Below, piece after piece: positions 13,048 to 25,899 of a stretch of 64,000 nt of DNA. This DNA comes from Psammoneis japonica (taxonomy: Eukaryota). The notes beneath the pieces are model-generated. The model was not told where the DNA came from. It worked only from the letters and a program-made list of their open reading frames with translations, and made no database searches. How positions within the stretch are numbered: the stretch's first letter is position 1; each line of letters starts with the position of its first letter. A program made the translations under genes and the position numbers. Location of the stretch: assembly GCA_008632985.1 (NCBI GenBank), contig QPGO01000022.1, positions 62,001 through 126,000 on the forward strand, given 5' to 3'.

Positions 13048-15780
13048 GGACCGAGTGTGGCATGGTTCTACACCCTCCTTGAGTTGGACATGGCAGGGTT
13101 CTCCCTTCCATTCTCCTGATGTCCCATCAAATGAGGCTCATGGCGTTTCAATGGTGCCAAAAGGTTTTTTGTTGAACTGCAGAAAATCTTGTTGCCCCTC
13201 GCGTCATGTCCTCAAGGCAGGCCGGCGCCACTCAGCGTCTGAAATGCGTGAAATCTGGTCAGCTTCCGAAGACAAGGCTTCTGGATCTTTAAGATAGAAG
13301 GAGGTTTCTACCGCAGCATCTGCGTGCCTCATTGGTGCTTCTCCATTGACTGATGGCCACTCTGTCATCTGTTTGGAGAAGACAATGTCAATGCCTTGTG
13401 TCTCCAGAATGTCACGTCCAATGATCATGTCGTGCTTGCCCAACTTTCCGTTGTGCACGTGGACGGCATGTTTAAGTTCTGCAGTTTCGCACAATTCTGG
13501 CAACCGAGTTTTAACGGTGCAGTCGTCAGACGCACTGAACGAGCCTGCTGCCGTAGCCCAGTTTGTCTCAGCCGTTCAACGGCTTCGCAGACGCTTGCAG
13601 TGTCGACTGTCGAGTGGAGCACTGCTGGCGCCACTGTCTGGCAGTGCCTTGATGGTTTGAGTCTTGCCCTTGCCATGTTTGGTGTTCACAGCCACAAACA
13701 AGATTGGGGCAAGATGAGTCTTTTTAACTCGTTTGTGGGATTGGCCTGCAACACGTGTATGATGGCAATTCAGTTGTTCATTTGTGCATTCATCCAATGT
13801 GTTAAAACTGCCTGCATCATGTCGGCTCCCTTCTCAGGTGTCCGAATCTTCGGAATCACTTAAGTTGAGGTCGCGGAAGTGATCAAGCTCCTCCTTGCGT
13901 GCCTTGCGCTTTTTCTGAGCGTTGGCAAAGAACTCCTCGACCTTCGATCTGATGAGAGTGTCAAGGCATGCGCACAACGAGCGCACAGCAGCGCAATGTC
14001 AGCCAGACGACTGTCGTGCATTTTTTGCGATTTGCGCAACAAATTGCCGTCGACGCCGACGATGACGATGACAATTTTCAGATGCTGACAGAGGATGACT
14101 TTGCAACAGGCACTTAATGTGTCAATCAACTGCACTGTGGAGAATGCATGCATGTAAAGAAAGTCCCCCGGACGAACTCATGATCATTCGACAATCGAGT
14201 GCATTGAACGATGGTCAAAAAACAGAGCTCCTTGTTGGCGTGACATTTTGCTTTCGAACGGAGGTTGCTCGCAGGGACTTTCATGACTGAATGCATTCGT
14301 AAACTTGACAAACTAAATGTCTGTGACAACAAAAGACTCTGGGACACGTCACTGTCATCGATGTCGTTACGACAACGCACCACTGTCACGTCACCCATTT
14401 TTGGCGATGAGGCGTGCAGCACGCCACGCGTTTCTCGTACAGCAGAAAATCCTGAAAAATCAAATTGTCGTGCATGCACCCCTTCGTTCTGTGATTGCCT
14501 TAATGTCTTCCTCATTCCGAGGTTTTGCGTTGGGCTTGCTGCCTCCGTCATTGGAATGTCCAGTCTTGGCACGTTTCACGTGGTGCTTGAGCTGACGGCA
14601 ATCCTCCGCATGATGTCCACAGTTGGTCCCGTGTGGCATGCACGACTTCTGGGTGTTCCGTTGGGTCGTGATCAACGACTCAGGATTGTCCGTTCTACGT
14701 CCCCGCTTGCGTGGAACCTCAGCATGTTGGTCCAGGTTACCTTCGGCAAGCTCGACCTGCTCGATGCACTCGCAGAACTGTGCAAATTCGGCGACAGCAT
14801 GCGCCAACGGGTCAAAATTCTGTGATGTCATTAACTTCTGCCATGCGTTCGGCACACCGCACTTGAACATGTCGCCGCAGTTCGTCATTGGGCAATGGTG
14901 CCGGTGCTTCTCCATCCTCCATCATGGGTGGAAACTGAGAGACATGGCCGTTAATTTCAACAGCCCTCGTGACGCAGTCACAAGCAGAAACCTCTGCGGG
15001 CTTGCGCATGAAGCGCCTCAGATGACGCTTCTGCAATGGCACCGCCCCATGTGGGAAGACACTTTCCTTTAGCTTCGCATGCACACTGCGTGCGCAGCAT
15101 TGGTTTCGGATGCCTGCGTGTCAGCGTTGTTGAATGACGTCAGAGCATTGCCCTGCAGCAGGTCACGCATGAGGGCAAATTTCACTGGCCCGGTCATCAT
15201 GTTTTGTCCTTCGTGCACGCGATCCACGTTGCGTAGAAAGATTGGGAGTGTCTCGCATGCAGCCGCAGAAAGGTGCGGGATGCCCATCTCATGCGTTGGA
15301 CTGTCCGGATCAGCGGGGTTGTTGCGCAGTTTGAACGTCTGGTGCTGCCCTGCTGCAGCTCTTTCTTCTCCGGCCATGCAAACGGAACTGGCGGCTCAAC
15401 CCGCTTCTTCATGGTCATTTTGAGATTTGTCGGTCCTGCCAACATTTCGTAGTTTTGTTTCTGTAGATTTCGTCCCTCGCACAATGTGCAGGAGTGATGT
15501 CACTGTGCCCCATGCATGTGCCAGGCGCTGAAAAAGAGAATGTGTTGCGACTTTGTCGTTGTGAAAATTGTGAGCCAGTTTGGAGCAGAGAAAGTGGGAT
15601 CGTGCGAATGGGGAATCTTGCCAAATCCCTGTTCATTCGCACTTGAATCGCATCAAATCGATTGTGCGTTCGCATTGTGGATCGTGCGAATCAAGCCATC
15701 ATGCGCTGTGCACGAGTGATGTCATCGTGTGGAATCACGCTGCCATCGTGGGCCAGACGACGGGCCAGTGTGCTTCACAT
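13047..15780 (-). mobile_element. Ty3/gypsy-like LTR retrotransposon remnant (gag + aspartic protease, truncated before RT)
   Basis: Gag 'FKLRNNPADPDSPT..DLLQGNALTSF..VFP..LQKRHLRRFMRKP..GVPNAWQ' with CxxH..HxxxxC knuckle. Protease 'KALPDSGAS' and 'HDMIIGRDIL'. Pre-RT 'WKGEPCHVQLKEGVEPCH' ends near 13050. Confidence 0.85.
13972..14471. mobile_element. ~500-bp non-coding insertion in gag, flanked by GCATGC direct repeats
   Basis: GCATGC at 13966-13971 and 14472-14477. Removing the insert plus one copy restores an in-frame gag end, ...ERRGACLDTLIRSKVEEFF...SDSEDSDT*. Ends are weakly inverted (GCACAACGA versus GCACGACAA). Confidence 0.75.
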
Positions 15781-15816
15781 GGATGCTCTCTTGGCATCCT
15801 TCTGGAATTGCCTGAG

Positions 15817-16206
15817 GATGGGTTCCAGTCCCAGGTGGGACTCCGTGTGACATTGGGCCCGCAGAATTCTGCGTGCGAGCTCTGCAGCACGAGAATTTAA
15901 TTGATGGACATGTTTGTCTTCAACATCAAACAAACTGCCAAGTTTGTGGTGCAATTGTGCCTCTTGCCACTCGACGTTTTTGCAAACGCGCCTGCCCTGC
16001 GCGATTCTCAAGACATCATAGAATCGCGCTGCAACAAAAAATGTCAAAAGTTGTTGGACGGATCGCTCAACAAGTGTGCCGTAAAATGACACAAAATGTC
16101 AAAAAAATCACGCAGAAATCTACGTGCGCGACATGCGACGTGATTCAAAAAACTGTCGATGTCACAGTTCAGTGGTGCAAGGTCCCACCTGGACCTGGGA
16201 CGTGTC
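15817..16206 (+). mobile_element. MITE family A, copy 1
   Basis: 390 bp with imperfect ~23-bp TIRs (consensus GACGCG.TCCAG..CCAGGTGGGAC). Flanks TGAG / TAAG are a 4-bp TSD with one mismatch. Homologous to copies 2-4. Confidence 0.85.
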
Positions 16207-16299
16207 TAAGACCTGGAGCCACGTCCTCCTGTGGTCGTGCTTCCCAGGTGCACGTTAACAACATTGCGTTGCCACGCACAAGAGGCTTGTGCACGGTCT

Positions 16300-16928
16300 C
16301 GCTGTGTTGTCCAGCAGCGAGGCATGCTGTGCTTGATTGGCTTCATGACCTTGGTGATCTGGCTCGCCTGAGTCAGACATGTCAGTCCCTGGAATGCATT
16401 GCCGTGATGGAGGCTCTTTGCATCCCTGCAGCAGAGTCCTCTCATGTTGATTGGAGAGCTGCTCTCCATCAGATTGATCCCAGCGTGCCTTCTCTCCCCA
16501 GAGCACAGGGTGACAATGCTGGTTGGGGTCGCGCAGCTCTCTGTCAGATTGATCTTAGCGTGCCTTCTCTCTCTAGAGCACAGGATGACAGCGCTGAATC
16601 AATGTTGCCCAGAGCTCTTTTGGCGTCCGTGTCAAATCGTTGGCTGTGAGTTCTTGGTTCTGAAATGACAGATGAGGAAGCAAGGGACAACAGAAATCTC
16701 ACAATTCGACTTCAAGATCAGATGGGACAAGAGACTTCATCCTGCCTTCAACGCAACACCAGAATGGGCACGTTGATGATGTCGCACGCGCAGAGGGCAG
16801 GTGTGAGTGTTGGGTCTCTCCGTCTCCTTTTGTGCAGTGAGCGAGTTGAAGATGACTGGACTTGCGCCAGTCTGGAGCTCGCGATGTGCGACAAGGTCAA
16901 TGTGATGTTGGAACAGAGGGGGGGTTGA
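16300..16928 (+). pseudogene. F-box-like N-terminus in frame with a C-terminal SUMO-like domain (one internal TGA)
   Basis: 'VLDWLHDLGDLARLSQTCQSLE' is F-box-like. It is followed by a 75-bp internal duplication, TGA at 16647-16649, and in the same frame 'LTIRLQDQMGQETS..RNTRMGTLM..RLLLCSERVEDDWTCASLEL..DKVNVMLEQRGG*'. The SUMO-like part is the confident portion. Confidence 0.7.
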
Positions 16929-18140
16929 CAATGCCAGCACGTCATTTGGGGCACGCACCTTTTAGAAAAGCACTGTGTGCTGCGTGCGCACAACACATTG
17001 TCACCCAGTTTTGCGAATGTCGCCCAGACAAAACGCGCTGCAAACACAAATTGCAGCAGCGCGGGCCAACTCCTGCATTGGCTCACCTCAATGAGCGTCT
17101 CGGTTGGGAGAGTGGCCAAGCCGACAAGTGCAGTTGGCTTGCTTCCTGTCGTTTGTCACCACTCCTCTGAGAATGTGCTTCAATGGCTGCAGCTGCATCC
17201 AACAATGTTGTGGCGGATGCTTTTTGAAAAGAACTTCATTTTCTTCTCATTTTGAGCTTGCAATTTTGCATTGCTGTGCCACTGCACTGCCGCTCCTTTG
17301 ACTTTTTTTCGTTTTTCATTCCACACGTTTAACTTGGCTCTTGCGGCATTGAGCATTGTCCAAACCCCGAGGGATTGGTCGAGTGCTGATGAACACCCGC
17401 CAATCCGCCATTTGCCAAGACGGCGCCGCGAATTTGAATGGAGATTGTCCATTTGACTGTTTCTGTGTCTAAAGTCGAAACGCCAAAACACTTTTCGTCA
17501 TCCACTGACACATCCCTGACAAAAGCTTTGGGCACAAGCTCAATCAAGGGGTGACGTGCGGCAGCCTCGGCCAAATGCTGTGTGATCACCTTCCCTGTGT
17601 GATCCTTGCAATGAACAATGCGGGGAGCCGAGTGCGGTGCTTCTGTGAAAAGAAATGTTCATGCACAAGCAGCATCCATCAACACAGCACAACAACCAAC
17701 ATGAACAAACAACAAGCACCCAAACAACACTTGAGACTGTTGCCGTTTGGATTACGATCAAACGGGAAATTGGCAAAACTGCCATTGTTGGCAGTGTTCG
17801 ACAAGAGTTCCTCCACGACATTGCGGCCTTCGGTGGCCACTTTTTGTAAAGCATCCATGCGACACAAGCCTGCACCCGCACGCACAATGTCCTCCATCAA
17901 CAATTGGGGTGAATCACCCTGTTGAGGTAATTTCCTCGAGGCTGACTTGTGGGTGAAGGCATCTGTCATAAAAGAACCCGAATTGCAACACGGGTGAGCA
18001 ACACATTTTAGCATCAAGACTGCTGCCTGGACGAACAGCATGCGTAGTTGAATAACGATTTCAAACATTTATGACCTGTTTCTCCCATTTCTCAGGATTG
18101 TCGTGGTTACAAAGTAGAGAGCAAGCTTCATGATTGTATT

Positions 18141-19244
18141 TTACGTGAAAGAGGTGGATCGGGCAAAGAAACTAAGAAGTAAATAGGTCGACGTACCTGC
18201 TTCAGCATCGCTCCAATTACTCTCGTGAACAGGTTCCTCGTCAATAACCTTTGCTACGGCTTTTCTCGTATTGGTCAGCTCGGCCGGCGAATGAGTATCC
18301 AGTGCTGTACTGTAAGAGAGTTGCAAAGGTAAGCTGAAGCACAAAGAGAAGACAAGAAGCAGATAGATACACGCCATTCATCAGAAATCATCTCCACGAC
18401 GGTCCATGTTGTAGTCTTGTAGAAGTCGTGATAGAAAGAAGGATTCAAACACCAAGGACACCTGCACATGATTCAGGATACTGGCAATACCGGTAGCACT
18501 TGAAGTTGATTTGATTGTCGAAGTTCCGACGCCAAATGCTTAGCATGTCCTCCAAGTTGATTTGTCGATCCAAGAAGTACGCTACAACTTGTACCGGTGT
18601 CGTCATGGCCATGGTCTTGCCCTCGTCATTGGCTCCAAACAGCTAGGCAGCGATTGTATTCAAGGCAGCTCCTCCTCTCGCCAAATCGTCCACCGAGTAG
18701 GGCTCATCCACCTTTGCCATGTTGTCGAGGCCACAACGTATCCTCAGTATTCCCGAACACCCGTCTTGGAGTTTCTTACTTTGCGGTGTCAAGAGAGAGT
18801 CGATCTATAACATACAGCAAAGAAAAAAGCGACAGGAGGGAAGTTGTAAGCAGATATACGGAGAGAAACCTTCCTGACCAGCATGTATGTACTTCCGGAC
18901 ATCAACAACGGAGTGCAGCTTTTACGCTATCACGAATTTCTACATTTGCGCTCGAGAGATTACTGAGAAGGATTTGTCGGCATGATCAAACGTTACTCCG
19001 TTCGTCTGTTCTTCTTCTTCTTCTTCAAGGCTGTATTCATATCGGCAAAGGAAGAGAAGGCATCTGCGCTTGCCGTAGCACTGTCACCACTGCTGCTCTC
19101 CGATAATGCCAACAAGAATGAAACAGCATGGCCATGGCGACACTGCACCGTCGTTGATACAACACCAAAACCTGTCGCTGGATACAACAGCAATACTGTA
19201 ACAGCAATGGCGTCGTTGCTCACCACTTCGCTTCGTCGTGGCAC
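18141..19244 (-). pseudogene. SOUL heme-binding family gene, disrupted, with signal-peptide-like N-terminus
   Basis: 'GGAALNTIAA*LFGANDEGKTMAMTTPV' matches the SOUL motif, with TAG (18643-18645) where Tyr is expected. N-terminal 'VTVLLLYPATGF'. Frameshifts and introns are present, so limits are approximate. Confidence 0.65.
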
Positions 19245-20524
19245 TGTCGTGTGGTCACCAAATGGGTTATGAATTTCACCAAATGGGTTATGAATTCCAA
19301 TTGCGCGAATTTGCCTGCGCTTTCTACTTCTACGATGTCGTCAGTGTGCACTCAGATTTATTCTTTCCTGAAGACTGCAAATGACATTGTCATTACCGCG
19401 GTCTTCATCATTGTTGAACCATGTAAATCGCATCATGCATTTCAAACATGCACCTGCAATTGTACATTCGAAACCAGGCCTGCGGGGAGCATTGACCACT
19501 TGTCTTTCTTTGTGGGTGTGGGTGTGTGCCGTTGCATGCTGCATTGCCTGTGCGTGCGCAGGGCCCCACCGCCGGGGCCGGCATTGTGGCAGGCTGAGTG
19601 GCATGTGCATTTGATGTCTCATGCCATTTTTGGGGCTGCAGCGAGGTGCACGGACACTCTTTTTTTCCAGTTTGTCACCACAATGGCGCGCCGCACAAAC
19701 TCACTTGTTGTTCGATGTGTTTTCCCCAACATGACTTTTTCGTATAGAATTTTTCGTGTGGAATTCACGATGAATTGTCTTTGCACATGACTGAGCACAT
19801 TTTTGAACATGACATGCCGGCAATCCCAATTTTTCAGAGCTTTCGAGCTCTCCTGAAAAACAGTGCCATGCACCCGTTGTGGGGAATTCATCGATTTTTT
19901 AGGATGTCCCCACAACCTCTCATGTCCTCAATGACAATTCCAAGAATCCGAGGAACTCATCTGCACCAAACAACCCATGCCCTTTCAAAATCCAAGGGGC
20001 ACACTTTCAAATTCAGACAAACTGCCCGACTGCCCGAACCCCCGACTGCCGGACCGGAAGGAAAAAGTCCGCAATCACCAACCACTGAGTGGTCAATGAA
20101 AATCCGGAGGTTTCTCATGCCATTCAGTGTGCCGGTGGAAAATCGAGGGAGATGATGATGATGACGATGCTCTCATTTTATTTGAGAAAGGACAGTCAGA
20201 TCAAGATGTCAGCAGATCTGAGACCTCACAGTTTGTCAGCACCAGCATGTTGTGCCGTCTTGTGGATGTGAAGCACAGCTTCTAGAAACTGGATTCTGTG
20301 CTTTCTCCGCGATTCATGTTGAACTTTTTTGTGCTGTTGAACTTTTTCTTGAGCCTTCAGCAGCATTGGAGAGGCTTGATGCGAACCGATCATTTTGGTT
20401 GAGTGCTGGCGGTCCACCAGAGCGAACGGAAATGGAGCTCCCTTTCAAACCAGGAAGTGTTGCTCAAAGCAAGACCACGCCTTTGCGCTCCACATCGCCG
20501 TCGGCTGGATTGGAGCACATTGCT

Positions 20525-20913
20525 GACGGGCTCCAGTCCTGGGTGGGACTTTTTGTGACATTTGCCCTCGTAGAATTCCACGTGCGAGCTCTGCAGTTCG
20601 TACTCTGGTTGATGGATGCATTCATCTTCGACACAAAAAAAACGGCCAAGTTTGCAGCACATCTGTCCCTGTTCGTACTCGAAGTTTTGGACAACACGCC
20701 TGCCCTGCGCCATTCTTAAGACACTCGAGAATGGCGCAGAAGAAAAAAACATTAAAAGTTGTTCAATGGACAGCCGACAAATGTGCTGCAAAATCATGCA
20801 AAATTTTGCCAAAATCACGTAGAAATGCACGTGCGCAAAATACGAAGCGATTCCAAAAACTGTCGATGTCACAGTTCAGCAGTGCAAGGTCCCACCTAGA
20901 CCTGGAACGCGTC
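20525..20913 (+). mobile_element. MITE family A, copy 2 (most divergent)
   Basis: Same TIRs; perfect TSD TGCT on both sides. Confidence 0.85.
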
Positions 20914-21289
20914 TGCTTTGAAACTGATTTTGTGCCATGCAGGTTCGTTGGATTTAAGCCGCATCAAGCATGCTGCACTTGTGTCAGCGTGAAGCATGGC
21001 TCTGCTGGCGCTTGTGGACAAAAGCAAAAGCGAGGGGCCTTGGCTGGGCTTTCTCGACAAGACTTCTGCTGCGCCTTGGAGAACACATGCAACCAAACCA
21101 ATGCACGACAGCTGGCCCCACCGAAAAGAGTTGACAAGGCTGACATGTGCCATCATCAAATGGCAATTTCACTTTGGAGCACAGCTGCGAGCATTTGGAC
21201 AAGCGGTGGAGAATCACGCATGCCATGTGGTGGAAAAGATCTTGGGAAGAAATTCTGATCCCGTCGGCAGAATTGGATCCAAACACGAC

Positions 21290-23400
21290 ACGATTGAGAT
21301 TGTTGTTGGCAATGTTGCATGGAAGCAGCTTGGAATCCCACCGTGAGTTGCTTGGCAAGCACAGTCCACTGCACTGGCGCTCCTTTCAACAGCGATGACC
21401 ACACCACAGAATGTGACAAAGGCGCTCACTTGGTGCATGCTGCACCACTCAGAAGGCAAAAGTGATGAAAAGATGCAAGCACGCACTGCCGGTTGTTGTG
21501 CATGACTCCTGCTGTGCTGTTCCATGCCAACGTCTGGTCATGGCATCTTGACGTCCACTTCATTTGTGTGTCGATGCATTTCGTCGGCTTGCTTCAACAT
21601 CACCTCAGCCAATCTTGAGAATGCTTGCTTCTGCTTGAGCTTCAAGGTCCAGTTTGGCTTCCTCTTGCATGTCTGGCACTTCGCGCTCCAGTTTGTCCAT
21701 GTGCTCTTGGGTCCCACATGCACGGGTGTGTTTGTCAAAGTCCATGCTCTGACTCAAATCTCTCAAGGCTTTCAATTTCGTCAATGGTGCAGAGCTTGCA
21801 GCGAGGTTGATCCACCAGTGAAGTGCAGTCAATGGTGTTGAGTTGTCCATGATGCAGGTGCTCCTTTTGCAGCCTGTGTTGCACAATCTTGGGAGAGATG
21901 TTGGCAGTGCTGTGCAGGTCAAATGGCGCGGCTGCGGTGCCGGTCATGGGACAGATGTTGCTGAGAATGAGTCAAGTCATCCGACAGGAGCAACCTGCTG
22001 CACGTCATGGCTGCCATTGTTGCAGCACTGGTTGCTTCTTTGAAACATTCACACAGACATGCGATGGCTAAAAGCAGTCACTTCTGTCATCCCCCACTCA
22101 TGTCCAAGACACCATCCACAGTGTCAATGGTCTCAACCACAGTGTGCTTGTCATGACAATGGCACAGGCTGGCAACTGTCTTGACCCTGCAGCGGCACTG
22201 CAAAAGCTAAGATGGGCCCGGGTTGCTGCGTTGCTTCTGTTTGTTTCCACAGACTCTGGAGCAAAGAGACTCAGTCTTGAGCAAAACGGGTGCAACCTGT
22301 CTTGTTGATGTTGCTTGTGGCATGTGTTCCGCTGTTGTTCAAGAGCAAGGCACAAAAAAGTCTCCACCGGCGTTGGCTGAGTTGTCTCTTCCAAAGCTCA
22401 GGCTTTGAGATGCAGGCACAAGCCTCCACATTCACCAACTCCACAAGTCCACAGTGTGTGTCGTTTCCAATGGCACAAAGAATCTGTGAATTTGAGGAGC
22501 TGTTCATTCACAGCCAATGGCAGCGTGCCAACCGAGGACTTTTTTCTGGCAACTTCAATGGGCACAGCTTCATGGTGAGAAATCACAGCATCATCAAAAA
22601 AAGGACAGAACCGGAAAAATGCAGTTGTGACAGGTTCTCGTTTGCTCCATTCTTTAACTTGGTGTTGGTCTTGGCCCATCCTCTCCCATCTCATCTTGCC
22701 CATGGTGCAACTCATGACATGTCAAATCTGTTGATCTTTGTCGGCAAAGCAAGCCAAGGCAAGAGGCAGGATGAGAGAGAGTTGCAGCAACTCTGTGAAC
22801 AGATCAAGTCACAAGCAAACCCATCTTGCTTGCAATGCTGTGGCTCAACTTGGGCTGAGCTCTTGACAGAGGCCAGACACGTGCACACCACATGTGAGGC
22901 CCCAAGCAATCCATGACATCAACACCTCATCATCCACTCAACTGCTCCAGCAAGAGCTGCCCTTCTTCTCTTGGCAGAGCTGCTTGGAAGTCCATGCAAC
23001 AGATGAAAGACTGGAGCCAAACAACCCACCTTCTTTGTTCTCAGATGCACTCCAGTGCATGGTGTGTCACACAGGCATGTCTTGCATTTCCATGTGTGTG
23101 TGCTGTTCTGCAGAGTTGGTTTGTGCTGCCTGCTTTGCAAAGCCAAAGACTTTTGTTCCACACACTTGCAAGAACAAAAACATGCACACCCCTGCGCACT
23201 CTTCAAAGTGTGTTGTCTGGCTCATGATGAAGGGTGCACTTGGGCAGCTGAGTGCAGATGAGCCCATTCATTTAAAAAATTGCCTCTTTTCTGTTGGTGA
23301 TCATCATTGTGGTTTCATTCTGCAAGAGCTGTTTTGTGGTTGCAAGCACCCTGTGGGTGTGGCGGAGTGCAGCATTGTGGTTTCATGTGCTTTTGCTTTT
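21290..23400 (-). pseudogene. Highly degenerate transposase remnant, possibly hAT-like
   Basis: Fragments 'EWCSMHQVSAFVTFCGVVIAVERSASAV' (reminiscent of the hAT dimerisation region) and 'DKLEREVPDMQEEAK'. Heavily frameshifted and TpA/CpG-eroded. Confidence 0.3.
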
Positions 23401-24802
23401 TCTTGCAAATGAGAAGCACTTGTTGCATGTGCTGTGCCGCACGAGGCACCTGTGCTGTGCCCCCTTGCTGTGCTTTTGAGCACGTGCACCACTGCACGAA
23501 AATTTTTTGAGGGAGCATTGCTCGCGTCCCTTGACTTTGGGCCCCCACCATGTGAAAGGCCCTGTGACTGCGTGGCTCTGGAGGGGCCATGTGGCTTGAA
23601 TGCTTTGACTCAAATGTTCTGCCCGATGTTTGTCCGCCCTTCTGAAACTCCTGTGTGGCAAAACACACAGTCCCACCATGATGAGCACATCAATTGTGGG
23701 GGCATTGATGTTGACATGGGAAGTGGAGTCAGGGCATGAATGTCTTCCTTGCACCCATGAGAAGGTTTCTGCATGGCGACTCCACTTCCCAAACTCCGTT
23801 TGAGCCATGTTTTTGCATTTGAGTGACTCACCCTCATTTTGTGCCATTTGATGCCTCCACCAGAGTGCGAGTGACAAGCCAAAGACCCCATCACAAGAGG
23901 TTCTCCTGTTGTTGACACACACATTGAATGGTTTTGAGAAAAACAATGGCTGCAAATTGACCATGACTCCTTTTGCTGGATTTGCAACAGAAGCCTGCCA
24001 GCATGCCAGCAGAGGGCTGGAAGTGTTGGAGCCAACAGCATCGCTGTTTGCGCCAGCCACTCACATTGTTGTGGTTGTCATGCCTTGAGAATCAACAGAC
24101 CAAGGCATTTCCTTTTTTTACAAACAAGTGCATCTTGACTGTGTTTTGCAAGTCTTCAATCATGTCATTTCGGAAGTGTGTCATCTAGACTGCCTTGAAT
24201 GTCATCATCAATCTTCTTGGTGGGGCGCAAATGACGCGCTCTCACATTTTGCAATGGCGACACCAAGTCAATCCATGACAGCATTGCAGGGCACTCTTGA
24301 TGTGTTTCACACCTTGCCATTTGGGTTGCACCTCTCTGTTGCGCACATTGACAGAAGCAGAAGCAGGCAGTTGCAGCTGAGACAATGAGCCTGTGCAACC
24401 AACCCACACTCCTAAAATGATCAGGTGCCCTGGTTTTGCATGAAGCACACTGCAGCGTTCAAGTTGCTTCTAAGAAAACCAGCGGGCCATTCATTCTGTC
24501 TGCTTCCAACACCAAACTCCACACAGACAGCCACCCAATGCCGCCACCACACCAAATCTAACTCTCCCTCCCACCTTGCGCCAATGCCGCTGACCGAATT
24601 GCCTGCTGCTCCAAATCCAGAGAAAACGATGCTGCCTGCATCAACATCACCGTCAACGATGCCACCTGTGCTGACACAAATGCTGCCATGATGAATGCTG
24701 CACACACCTCCCTCCACCCAACATCTGATGCTGACAAGTCCTGCACAGACACCACCCAGCACTGCCGCCACAACCAAAAATCCATCTGCGCAAAGTGCGG
24801 CC

Positions 24803-25194
24803 GATGCACTCCAGCCCTGGGCGGGACTCCGTGCGACATGGGCCCATGGAATTCTGTGTGCGACCTCTGCAGCACAAGAATTTAATTGATGGATGTGTTT
24901 GTCTTCAACATCAAACAAACGGCCAAGTTTGTGGCGCAACTGTGCCTCTTGCCACTCAACGTTTTTGCAAACAACGCGCCTGCCCTGCACGATTCTCAAG
25001 ACATTGTAGAATCATGCTGCAACAAAAAATGTCAAAAGTTGTTGAATGGATCGCTCAATGAGTGTGCCGTAAAATGACACAAAACATCACAAAAATCATG
25101 CAGAAATCTGTGTGCGCGACATGCGACGCGATTCAAAAAACTGTGGACATCACAGCTCAGTGGTGCGAGGTCCCACCTGGACCTGGAACACGTC
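24803..25194 (+). mobile_element. MITE family A, copy 3
   Basis: Same TIRs; perfect TSD GGCC. Confidence 0.85.
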
Positions 25195-25899
25195 GGCCAA
25201 GCCCCTGGCACCTCCCTTCAACAAAACCACCATCACCTTCACTGCCACCTCGGGCAGCTCATGCTTGCTCCAACAAAGTGCCCAACACACCACCATCCAC
25301 ATCAACAAGACTCCATGTCCGACTGAGCGACCGAGCTGACATCTCTGTTTGCTTGATCATGTGTGGGGCTCAAAGCATTGCAAGCATCGCACAAACACAT
25401 GTCTTGCAATCGTTTCATCCAAAGGAAGAAGCAATGCAAACAAACAAGCAAGAAGACTTGGGAGGTCGTCAACACTCTTGGCTCCTTCAAAAAAGACGGC
25501 CAGGCACCCCTGTGCTGGAGGTGCCCAATCGCTGCCTGCCCCCCAGGATGCAATCCTTTTGCTCTCATCAAAACAATCCATGCAGAAGGTGGGATCACCA
25601 AGGAGCCACAGCTGCAAGCAGCATCCTCAGCAGACACTTGAGTCATGTGACAGAGATTGCAGAGTGCAACAAAGAACGCTCCTTTTCACATTGAGCTGCC
25701 CAGCATGACGCTGGTGCTGCACCAGCTCAAGCTGCCCTGCACATGACACATGACATGGCATCACATGTCATCCCACTCATTGCCAACACTCATCACTCTG
25801 CACTCCACACCCGCGATGCCCGCCAACTCCATCAATCTCTTGGGGTCACAAAGCATCTTGATTTTCTGCAGGAGAGCAAACAAAGATCAAAGCAAAACA

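Noticed and set aside
4116..15780. Classical RIP or CpG deamination as the cause of the compositional bias
   Set aside because: RIP creates TpA and CpG decay removes CG. Here TA is lost, CG is retained, and conserved Tyr codons become Cys or His.
15873..16092. Recurring 60-130 aa ORFs ('KQTAKFVVQLCLLPL...') as a gene family
   Set aside because: They lie inside the MITE copies, open on both strands, and are not conserved in start or stop.
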